Below are positions 56,237 to 64,000 of a DNA stretch of 64,000 nt, one piece after another (the stretch's first letter is position 1; the number at the start of each line of letters is the position of its first letter). The notes beneath the pieces are model-generated. The model saw nothing but the letters and a program-made list of their open reading frames with translations, was not told the origin of the DNA and did no database searches. The stretch spans positions 455,955-519,954 of the forward strand of contig JAXLYE010000001.1 of NCBI GenBank assembly GCA_046351595.1, read 5' to 3'. Both the position numbers and the translations under genes were made by a program. The stretch comes from Polyangia bacterium (lineage in GTDB: Bacteria; Myxococcota_A; Polyangia; Palsa-1104; JAEUJZ01).

Positions 56237-57553
56237 CTAGCCTTCCACCGCCGCGATCGTCGAGCTTACCTTGCCGCCGTCGGTGCCGTACTCGGACAGG
56301 GGCACGCCGGCGGCGCGCAGCACCGTCAACAGCGCCTTGCTGGCGTTGTCCTTCGTCGTCGAGCGCACGTGCAGCCCGCCCTTGAGCTTGCCGTTGGCGC
56401 GCCCCGCCAGCAGGATCGGGAACTCGTCGTTCGAGTGCACGTTGCCCTCGGACAGCTCGGTCGTGCACAGGATCGCCGAGCGATCGAGCAGGTTGCCGTC
56501 GCCGTCCGGCGTGTCGCGCAGCCGCCCGAGGAAGTACGCCAGCTGCTTCATCGTCAGCACCACCGCCGCGTGCACGGTCGGCTGCGGCACCGCCTCGTCG
56601 TGGCAGATCTGGTGCAGGCCGTTCTTGGCGCCCGCCTGCCAGACCACCACGCCCGATCCCGCCGTCGAGAACATCACCGAGAATACGCGCGTCAGATCAC
56701 ACGCCAGCGCCAGCGCGACCAGGTCCGACAGGATCTGGTTCTTCTGCTCGATCTGCTCCTTGCCGTCGAGATCGGGCAGCTCGCTCGGCATGCCCGGCGC
56801 CTTGCAGGTCATCGCGAAGGTGTCCAGGCGCCGCTCGATCGAGCGCACGCTCTCGAGGTGCTGATCGAGGCGGATCCGGTCGCGCGCCGAGACCCTGCCC
56901 TTGAGCCCCTGCACGTCGCCGAGCACGGCATCGAGCACGCTGCGCCGCGCCTTGTTGATCTGGACGTTGGAGGCGCCGCCGAACAGCCGCCGGAACAGCG
57001 CCGGCGGCGAGTACTCCGACGGGTTGACGTTGTTCGGGCCGTTGTGCGAGAGGTGCTGGAACGTCGTCCCCTCGTCGGTGCCGCGGAAGGTGCAGACGCC
57101 CACCTCGAGCGAGCGGAACGGCGTCTTGCCGCCCAGGTGATCCGCCGCCACCTGATCGATCGACTTCACCGCGAACGTCGAGACGATGGTGTCGCGCGTG
57201 GTCCCGACCTTGAAGAAGGGCGCGCCCGACAGGATGCCGGCCATGCCCGAGTGGTGCGGGTGCGTCGCGGTCTTGATCTCCAGCCCGGTCAGCGTCGAGT
57301 AGTACGGGCGCAGCGCCTCCAGCGGCTTGAGCTCCTCGGGCGCCTCCCACGCGGTGCCGGTCGCCTGCGGGATCCAGTGCTCGCGGCGGATGCCGTTGCC
57401 CCAGAACCAGACGCCGAAGCGCCGCGGCGAGGCGTCGGCGGCCTCGGCCCGCGCCGAGCGCATCACGTCGAGCAGCGGCAGCCCGAGCCGCACCGCCGCG
57501 GAAGAGACCACCCCGCGCAGCAGGGTCCGTCGAGACAGAAGTAGACGGGGCAT
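56237..57553 (-). CDS. DUF1552-family protein with Tat-type signal
   Basis: The protein opens MPRLLLSRRTLLRGVVSSAAV, with FGVWFWGNG, SLEVGV and other family-typical blocks. Confidence 0.8.
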   Translation of the reverse strand: MPRLLLSRRTLLRGVVSSAAVRLGLPLLDVMRSARAEAADASPRRFGVWFWGNGIRREHWIPQATGTAWEAPEELKPLEALRPYYSTLTGLEIKTATHPHHSGMAGILSGAPFFKVGTTRDTIVSTFAVKSIDQVAADHLGGKTPFRSLEVGVCTFRGTDEGTTFQHLSHNGPNNVNPSEYSPPALFRRLFGGASNVQINKARRSVLDAVLGDVQGLKGRVSARDRIRLDQHLESVRSIERRLDTFAMTCKAPGMPSELPDLDGKEQIEQKNQILSDLVALALACDLTRVFSVMFSTAGSGVVVWQAGAKNGLHQICHDEAVPQPTVHAAVVLTMKQLAYFLGRLRDTPDGDGNLLDRSAILCTTELSEGNVHSNDEFPILLAGRANGKLKGGLHVRSTTKDNASKALLTVLRAAGVPLSEYGTDGGKVSSTIAAVEG

Positions 57554-57562
57554 GTTCGCTCC

Positions 57563-59308
57563 TCAGGGGTTCGGCGTCGCCGGGGTCGCGGGCGTCACGT
57601 CCTCGGGCGGCGCCGCGTAGCGGAAGCCGTCGCTCAGGACCAGGTGGCGCAGCAGCGCCGGGAAGCGGCCGCCGGACTGCCCGAGCCGTGCGCCCAGGCC
57701 GAGCACCAGCTCCTGCTCCTCGGCGAGCTCGAGGTGGCCGGTGGCGTAGCGGTAGAGCTGCCGCGCCATGCACAGCACGAGCCGCGGGTTTTTGCGCAGC
57801 GCCGCGCCGAGCTCTGCCGCGCCCTGCACCGCCCGCCCCTCGAGCTCGGCGCTGGCGTCGATCAAGAGGTCGCCGTCGCGCTCGCGGAAGGCGCCGAGCG
57901 CGTCGAAGTTCTCGAGCGACAGGCCGAGCGGATCCATCAGGCTGTGGCAGCCGCGGCACGCCGGGTCCTGGCGGTGCGCCTCGAGCCGCTGGCGCAGCGT
58001 CGTCTTCTGCCCCATCGGCGGCGCCGGCAGCGACGTGCTGACCCCGGGCGGCGGCGGCGGGATGTCCTGGCACAACAGGTACTCGCGGATGAAGCGGCCG
58101 CGCAGCGTCGGTGACGTCACGCTCTGGTGGGCGTTGAGCGCGAGCACCCCGGCCATGCCGAGCAGCCCCGCGCGCGGCCCGCCCGCGCCGTGCTCCGCCT
58201 TCGCGAAGCCGTCGGGCCCGGGCGGCGGCACGTCCTTGAGTCCGTAGAGCGCGCCGAGCTCCGGCGTCACGAACGTCTGCGTCGTCGTCAACAGGTCGCG
58301 CAGGTCGCGCTCGCCGTCGAGCGCCAGCGACAGCGCCACGCGCTCGACCTCGCCGCGCATCGCCGCGAACAGCGCCGGGCTGGCCTTGGGGAAGGCCGCC
58401 GCGTCCTTGCTCAGCGTGTCGAGCCGCTCGAGCTTCAGGTACTCGGTGAAGAAGCGGCCGACGCCGGCGCGCGCGCGCTCGGAGCGCAGCAGGCGCTCGA
58501 GCTGCAGCACGAGGCCCGCGTCCTCGTGGAGCTCGCCGTGCTCCGCGGCATCGAGCAGCTCGTCGTCGGGCGGCCCGTTCCAGACGAGGTACGAGAGGCG
58601 GCTCGCCAGCTCGAAGCCGGTGTAGCGCAGGCGCGGCGCGGTCGGCGCCGGCTCGGGCTCTCCCTCGACGGGCACGGGCGGCGGCACCGGCTCGCCGATC
58701 TCGACGCGGTACAGGAAGCTAGGCGACTGCAGCACCGCCGCCACCGTGAACTCCAGCGCCTTCCACGCATCGCCCAGCGTCGCCCCGAGCTCGGTCCTGA
58801 GCGCCATCAGCGACGAGATCTCATCGGGCCGCAGCGTCCGCCGGTAGGCGCGGCGGCCGAAGCGTGCGAGGAAGTCGCGGGCGCAGGCATCGCCCGGCTC
58901 GGCCTTGACCTCGCAGCCGACGAGCTTCATCCGCCGCCCCGGCTCCAGCGCCTGCGCCGCAAGGTCGTAGGCCGCGGCCTCGTACTGCTCGGCCGCGCGC
59001 GGCGCCACCGTCAGCTCGCCGGCGCCGACCGTCGAGTAGCCGTGCAGCGGCGTGTCCGCCTCGAGGTCCGCCGGCACGCGGACGTCATCGCCGAGCAGCG
59101 CGCGCACCGTCTCGCGGTACTGCGTGCGGGTCAGGCGGTACAGCCGCGCCGGCGCCGCGGCGAGCGAAGGCGGCGACGGCTCGCCCGGGACGAAGCCCGA
59201 CTGCTCGCAGCTTACGCTCAGAGTGAGCGGCAGCAGCGCGAGCGACCCGAGCAGGCGGCGGGGCCGAGTGGAGCGGGACCGGAGGGGGGGCGGGTTCTTG
59301 CCGGACAT
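57563..59308 (-). CDS. DUF1587/1592/1595/1588-type protein with a CxxCH motif
   Basis: Blocks are LYRLTRTQYRETVRALLG (DUF1587-like) and ACRGCHSLMDPLGLSLENFDALGAFR (DUF1588-like, CxxCH). Confidence 0.8.
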   Translation of the reverse strand: MSGKNPPPLRSRSTRPRRLLGSLALLPLTLSVSCEQSGFVPGEPSPPSLAAAPARLYRLTRTQYRETVRALLGDDVRVPADLEADTPLHGYSTVGAGELTVAPRAAEQYEAAAYDLAAQALEPGRRMKLVGCEVKAEPGDACARDFLARFGRRAYRRTLRPDEISSLMALRTELGATLGDAWKALEFTVAAVLQSPSFLYRVEIGEPVPPPVPVEGEPEPAPTAPRLRYTGFELASRLSYLVWNGPPDDELLDAAEHGELHEDAGLVLQLERLLRSERARAGVGRFFTEYLKLERLDTLSKDAAAFPKASPALFAAMRGEVERVALSLALDGERDLRDLLTTTQTFVTPELGALYGLKDVPPPGPDGFAKAEHGAGGPRAGLLGMAGVLALNAHQSVTSPTLRGRFIREYLLCQDIPPPPPGVSTSLPAPPMGQKTTLRQRLEAHRQDPACRGCHSLMDPLGLSLENFDALGAFRERDGDLLIDASAELEGRAVQGAAELGAALRKNPRLVLCMARQLYRYATGHLELAEEQELVLGLGARLGQSGGRFPALLRHLVLSDGFRYAAPPEDVTPATPATPNP

Positions 59309-59401
59309 GTGAGGGCGCTCCTAACGGGGCGGACCTTAACACAGGAGCCCTACGGCAAGCGGCGCCACGAGCAGGCGGGCGCAGCGACGGGCGGGCGGCT
59401 T

Positions 59402-60535
59402 CTAGTCGCGCGCGACGCGGACCTCGGTGGACTCCTTCGCCACGTCCTTGTCGGTGCACGGCCGGCTCGGTGCCAGCGACACCCACGGGCTGCAGGCCAG
59501 CTCACGGCCGCCGCGCAGCCAGGTCACGCCGGCGCCGGGCGGGCTGGGGCAGGCGGCTTGGCTGCCGCCCTCCAGGTGCTCGATCGCTTCGCACTTGAGC
59601 GCGCCGTGCAGCGCCTTGTGCAGCGCCGGCTGGTCGCGACGGAACAGCGCGCCGCCGACCTGCAGACCGGCGGCGGTGCGGCTGACGCTGTAGTCGATCA
59701 GGGCGAGCGCGCCGCTCACGAAGCGCAGCCGGTAGGCGACCACGTCGCTGCCCGGCTCCGCCACCGAGGTCCAGCCCGCCGCGTCGAGCGGCGTGTGGCG
59801 CAGCCCGGTGCGCTCGAGCTCCTCGACGCGCTGGCCGAGCTGGAACGGACCGATGCCCTGGCCCGGGCGCAGGACCGGCGGTGCGCTGGCCGCGTCGGCG
59901 CTGGGCGTCGCGGGCCGGCTCCCGGGCTTGGCCGCGCGCACCGCCTGCTCGATCGCGGCGAGCAGCGGCGGCCGCAGCACACCGACGATGCGGGTGCCGT
60001 TGACGAGCCACTGCGGGCTGCCCGTCAGGTGCGCGAGCTCGACGTCCTTCTGGCTGCGCGCCACGCGCTCCTGCCAGCGGCCGCGGATCAGCTCTTCCTC
60101 GAACCGCTCGGCCGCACCGGCGCCGACCCGCGCCGCGACCGCGGCCAGGTACGAGGCGTCGCGGCTGCCGCGGTAGGGCGTGACCGTCTCGGCGAACTGC
60201 AGGAAGGCCTCGGCGCCGGCGAGCTCGAAGACGCCGTGCGCCGCCTGCGCCGTCAGCGCCGCGCCCTGGTGGTAGGCCATCGGGAAGTCGCGCACGAGGA
60301 TGCGCACCTCGTCCGGCCAGCTGCGGCGGATCTGGCGCAGCAGCGGCCCGACGGTGTCCGGGTAGACGTAGTAGTACTCCAGGTACGCGATCAGCGTCAC
60401 CGGCGCGCCCGGGCGGCCCAGGGCGATGTCGTCCTTGCGCTCGGCCAGGACCTCGGCCGGCACCGGGGCCTGGGCGCGCGCGGGCGCGGACGCCAGCGCG
60501 GCGAGCAGGCCGCCGACGATCAGCAGCTTCTTCAT
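59402..60535 (-). CDS. secreted DsbA-like thioredoxin-fold protein lacking the CxxC motif, plus a C-terminal Cys-containing domain
   Basis: The signal peptide is MKKLLIVGGLLAALASAPARA. The DsbA-like blocks read APVTLIAYLEYYYVYPDT (YVYP where CxxC is expected) ...GSPQWLVNGTRI. Confidence 0.7.
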   Translation of the reverse strand: MKKLLIVGGLLAALASAPARAQAPVPAEVLAERKDDIALGRPGAPVTLIAYLEYYYVYPDTVGPLLRQIRRSWPDEVRILVRDFPMAYHQGAALTAQAAHGVFELAGAEAFLQFAETVTPYRGSRDASYLAAVAARVGAGAAERFEEELIRGRWQERVARSQKDVELAHLTGSPQWLVNGTRIVGVLRPPLLAAIEQAVRAAKPGSRPATPSADAASAPPVLRPGQGIGPFQLGQRVEELERTGLRHTPLDAAGWTSVAEPGSDVVAYRLRFVSGALALIDYSVSRTAAGLQVGGALFRRDQPALHKALHGALKCEAIEHLEGGSQAACPSPPGAGVTWLRGGRELACSPWVSLAPSRPCTDKDVAKESTEVRVARD

Positions 60536-60628
60536 CGGAGTTTCCTCAATCGGAGCTCGGAGCGGACAGGCAGCGGGGAGCCGGACGCCGCGCCTTCGGG
60601 GGACGCGGCGCCGGGCCGACCGCGGGGG

Positions 60629-63600
60629 CTACAGCCCGAGGTGGCGGCGGATGGTGAAGCACTCCTCGGTGACCGAGAAGTGGATGAGCTCGAGCAGCCG
60701 CTGCTTGGGCGACTGCCGGCTCGCCCCCGGCGGGTCCGTGGCCAGGAGCAGCGCCGCGGTCTCCAGGTCGCCGCACAAGAGGAAGCCGGCGCGCACCGCC
60801 GTCAGATCCGAGCCGCCGAGCCACAGCGCCGCCGCCTCCTCGCCCGAGGGGGCCTGGCCCTCGGTCAGCGAGCGGGCGATGCGGACGAGCTGCTCCTGCG
60901 CCGGCTGCAGCAGCGCGCCCTTCAGGCCCCGCGCCGTCTCCTGCACCCGCGCCGAGCCGCCCGCGCCGCCGACGCCGGCCGCGCACAGCGCCGAGTCGAC
61001 GATGAGCCCGAGCTGCGCCGCCGTCGGGTAGACCGCGCGCAGCGCGCGCTCGGGCCGGAGCAGCGTCGCGATCCGCCCGAACTCGTACAGCGCCTCACGC
61101 TCGGGCCGCTTGCCGTCGAGCAGCGCCGGGGACAGCTCCGCGCACAGGGCCGGGCTCGCGCCGGGCGTGCCCTTCTCCAGCGCCACCAGCAGCCGGAACG
61201 GCTCGCTCGCGGCCTCGGAGTCGGAGCTCCCCCGGCCCTCGGCGCGCGTGTAGACCTCGGGCGACTCGGTGTCCAGCATCTCGAAGGCGTAGCGCAGCGC
61301 CTTGGGCGCAAACTGCGCGCCCGACAGATCGACGCGGTTGCGGCTGCCCAGCCCGAGCTCGGCGCGCGGCCGGCCGTGGCCCGGCAGCGTCACCTTCAGC
61401 ACCAGCGAGAACAGCGCCGAGAGCCGCGGATCCTCCTCGGGGTGCGCGAGCAGGCGCCACAGCTCCTTGGACAGCGGCCGGGTCGCCGGCCGAAGCGGCC
61501 GCTCGCGCAGCTCGCGCACCAGCTCCTCGTCGCTGGCCTCGCCCTGCCTGAGCAGCTGCAGCGCCGCCGCCACGGCCTGCGCCTTGTCGCGCTGCCCGGT
61601 CTGCCCGTAAAGCTCCTTGAGCGCGCGGTAGCTCGCGAGCTCGCCCTTGTGCCGCACGAGGATCTTCTGGTGCTGCTCGATCGCCTTGTCGCGCAGGTCC
61701 GCGCCACCGCCGATCTTGCCCGCGCCGACGTTGGAGCCGAGCGCCGAGTAGATCGCGGCCAGCTGGCGCTGCCGGTCGAGGTTCGCGGGCTCCAGCGCCA
61801 CCGTCACCTCGAAGGCGGCCAGGCCGGTCTGCGGATCGCCCAGGCGCTGCAGGCACAGCCGCGACAGCGCGGTCCACAGCCGCAGCCGCTCGGCGCGCTG
61901 CTTGGGCGTGTCCGCCCCGTCGGGGCCGAGCGCCTTGATCTTGCGCTGGTAGGCGCGCAGGAGCTCCTTGGGATCATCGAGCTCGGTGGCCAGCGCCTCG
62001 ATCGCGTCCAGGCACTTCACCAGGCTCGAGTCGTCGTCGAGCGCCGAGTGGAACAGCTTCAGCGCCCGCGGCAGGTCGCCGAGCTCGTCGCGGTAGATGA
62101 GCGCCGCGGTCTGCTTGAAGCGCGCCCGCCGCGACTCCTTCTTCTCGCCCTCGACCAGGTCCTCGAGCACGCCCGCGGCCTCGGCCCACATGCGGCTGGC
62201 GCCGTAGACCTCGAGCAGCTTGTGCAGGATCGTCAGCGACCCGGGCATGAGCGCCAGGCCGTCCTTGTACGCGGCGATCGCGTCCTCGGGCTGCCCGAGC
62301 GGCCCGGCGAGCAGGTCGCCGATCTCGCTGTACAGCGCCGCGCGCTCCTGGCTGACGTCGCGCAGCGCCGGCGAGCTGCCCGAGCGCGCCGCGATCCCCG
62401 GGCTCGACGTCGAGAACTCGCCGCTTTGGCCGAGCAGCACGCGCAACAGCGCCTGCCGGCAGGCCAGCTTCTCCGTCGGCGGCAGGCTGTCCATCTGGCG
62501 CAGCGCCTGCAGCGCGCCGGGGTGCAGCGGATCGATCTCCAGCGCCTTGTACAGCGCCGTGCCCGCGGCCTCGTCGTGCCCGAGCTTGTGCTCCGCGGCG
62601 CCGAGCGTCGCCAGGAGCTCCGCCCGCTCCCCCGGCAGAAGGCTCGCCTCGTGCTCGCGCAGCGCCGTCTCGCACGCCTGCTTGGCGTCGACGAACTGCC
62701 CGGTCTCCATGAGCAGCGGGATCAGCCCGCGCAGCGCCTGGAGGTGCGTCGGCACGAGCTCCAGCGCCCGCCGGTACGCGCGCCGCGCCTTGTCGCGCAG
62801 CCCCGACAGCAGCGCCGCCTGCCCGAGCCGGCACAGCCGAACCACCGTCACCGACGGCTCCGCCTCCTTGCGCGTCAGGATCTCGAGCAGCGGCACCGCC
62901 TGCTCGTGCTGCCCGGCCTGGAGGTACAGCTCGACCGCACCCTGCGCCGCGTCCGCGCTCTCGGGATCGAGCTCGAGCGCCTGCTTGAACAGCTCGCCCG
63001 CGCGCTCGCGATCCTCGACGCCGAGGTGCTGGTGCGCGGCCTCGACCAGGAACTTGATCTTGCCGATGCGGTTCTGGGTGTGCCCGGCCGCCTCGGCAAA
63101 CAGCTTGGCGGCGCGCAGCGGCTCGCCGCGCTCGCGGTACAGATCCGCCAGCGCCGCCGCCGTCGGCACGTGATCCGGCAGGATCTCCAGCGCCCGCACG
63201 AAGTGCTCCTCGGCCGCCTGCGGCTGCCCGAGCCGCCCGCGGCAGATCCGCGCCGCCTCGTTGTACAGGCCGACCTTGGTGCTCTTGTCGTCGATGAGGT
63301 GGGCGCGCTTGACCAGCATGCGCACCGCCTCCTCGTGCTGCTCGGTGGCCTGGAAGAGCCGCGCCAGCGCCTCGATGGCGCCGCCGTGCTCGGGCTCGAC
63401 CTCGAGCACCTTCTGCCACGCCGCGATCGCGGCCTTTGCCTCGGCGCGCAGCTTCTCGGCATCGCCGGCCGGCACGTCGACCTCGTGCACCTTCGCCAGC
63501 GCCGCCCAGGTCGCGACGGTGTCGGCGCGGCTCGCGGCGTGCGCGGCGTGGCGCGTGAGCGTCGAGATGAGCTCCGGCCACTTCTTCTCCTGCCGGTACA

Positions 63601-64000
63601 GGCGCGAGAGCCCGCGGTACGCGTCCTCGGCCCCGGCATCGACGCGGAGGATCTTCTCCAGGCACGCCTCGGCCTGCGCGGTGTGGCCCGGCAGCTCCTC
63701 GTGCTCGGCGACCAGGCGGCGGTACAGCGTCAGCCGCTCCTTGTCCGACGGCACGTGGTCGGCCAGCGCCTCGAGCGTGCCCAGGTACTGATCCGACAGC
63801 CCGCCCTCAGCGGTGTACAGCTTCTCCAGCGCCCGCAGCGCCTCGACGCGCACGTCCTTCGTCTCGGCCGCCGCCTTCTCGACCGCCTCCCAGCGCGCGA
63901 TCGAGGCCTTGCGCTCGGTCGTGTGCTCGGTGTGCAGCTGCGCCGCCTCGCGCCGCGCCCGCAGGCCGCCCTCGGCGTCGCCCGCGCCCTCCAGCGCCGC
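60629..64000 (-). CDS. very large TPR-repeat protein (5' end outside window)
   Basis: The frame remains open and coding-like beyond the track start 63853, up to the window edge. It contains dozens of TPR-like helical pairs. Confidence 0.85.
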   Translation of the reverse strand, partial: AALEGAGDAEGGLRARREAAQLHTEHTTERKASIARWEAVEKAAAETKDVRVEALRALEKLYTAEGGLSDQYLGTLEALADHVPSDKERLTLYRRLVAEHEELPGHTAQAEACLEKILRVDAGAEDAYRGLSRLYRQEKKWPELISTLTRHAAHAASRADTVATWAALAKVHEVDVPAGDAEKLRAEAKAAIAAWQKVLEVEPEHGGAIEALARLFQATEQHEEAVRMLVKRAHLIDDKSTKVGLYNEAARICRGRLGQPQAAEEHFVRALEILPDHVPTAAALADLYRERGEPLRAAKLFAEAAGHTQNRIGKIKFLVEAAHQHLGVEDRERAGELFKQALELDPESADAAQGAVELYLQAGQHEQAVPLLEILTRKEAEPSVTVVRLCRLGQAALLSGLRDKARRAYRRALELVPTHLQALRGLIPLLMETGQFVDAKQACETALREHEASLLPGERAELLATLGAAEHKLGHDEAAGTALYKALEIDPLHPGALQALRQMDSLPPTEKLACRQALLRVLLGQSGEFSTSSPGIAARSGSSPALRDVSQERAALYSEIGDLLAGPLGQPEDAIAAYKDGLALMPGSLTILHKLLEVYGASRMWAEAAGVLEDLVEGEKKESRRARFKQTAALIYRDELGDLPRALKLFHSALDDDSSLVKCLDAIEALATELDDPKELLRAYQRKIKALGPDGADTPKQRAERLRLWTALSRLCLQRLGDPQTGLAAFEVTVALEPANLDRQRQLAAIYSALGSNVGAGKIGGGADLRDKAIEQHQKILVRHKGELASYRALKELYGQTGQRDKAQAVAAALQLLRQGEASDEELVRELRERPLRPATRPLSKELWRLLAHPEEDPRLSALFSLVLKVTLPGHGRPRAELGLGSRNRVDLSGAQFAPKALRYAFEMLDTESPEVYTRAEGRGSSDSEAASEPFRLLVALEKGTPGASPALCAELSPALLDGKRPEREALYEFGRIATLLRPERALRAVYPTAAQLGLIVDSALCAAGVGGAGGSARVQETARGLKGALLQPAQEQLVRIARSLTEGQAPSGEEAAALWLGGSDLTAVRAGFLLCGDLETAALLLATDPPGASRQSPKQRLLELIHFSVTEECFTIRRHLGL

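Overview
A 64-kb, very GC-rich chromosomal segment. By eye G+C is above 70% and real genes have almost only G/C at codon third positions. The gene content suggests a myxobacterium (Myxococcota, Polyangia-like): six eukaryotic-like Ser/Thr kinases (three of them kinase-NTPase-repeat giants), an FG-GAP/VCBS protein, a DUF1552/DUF1588 pair, many lipoproteins and a GGDEF protein. This assignment is inference only. I support about 45 protein genes. I saw no rRNA, tRNA, CRISPR array, transposase or integrase. The housekeeping anchor is the rpmE-prfA pair. Metabolic genes include a PaoABC-like molybdenum aldehyde oxidoreductase operon, a P450, a Rieske oxygenase, a VanX/DdpX dipeptidase, a GST, an SDR and a fatty-acid-hydroxylase-family protein. 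Most of the very long Arg/Ala/Gly-rich ORFs in the track are antisense or off-frame shadows of real genes. Several track ORFs also have spurious N-terminal extensions or fuse two genes. Points worth a second look: (1) a lipoprotein built from about 8 tandem twin-Cx3C units; (2) a lower-GC, purine-skewed ~720-bp non-coding island next to a P450 and a kinase truncated after its catalytic loop; (3) a co-directional envelope cluster (CxxC-less DsbA-like, DUF1588, DUF1552, GT-C-like membrane protein, M4 protease, FG-GAP); (4) a cNMP-binding protein plus sirtuin pair; (5) a PaoA-like subunit with a redoxin-like domain placed in front of its Tat motif; (6) a kinase plus TPR/TM module present twice; (7) a conserved palindromic hairpin at two loci; (8) helically phased 10-11-bp repeat arrays in two promoter regions; (9) L31 with a ~90-aa Lys/Pro/Glu tail; (10) two one-base frame discontinuities and an in-frame TGA junction. 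All domain calls rest on motif recognition by eye; no searches were run.
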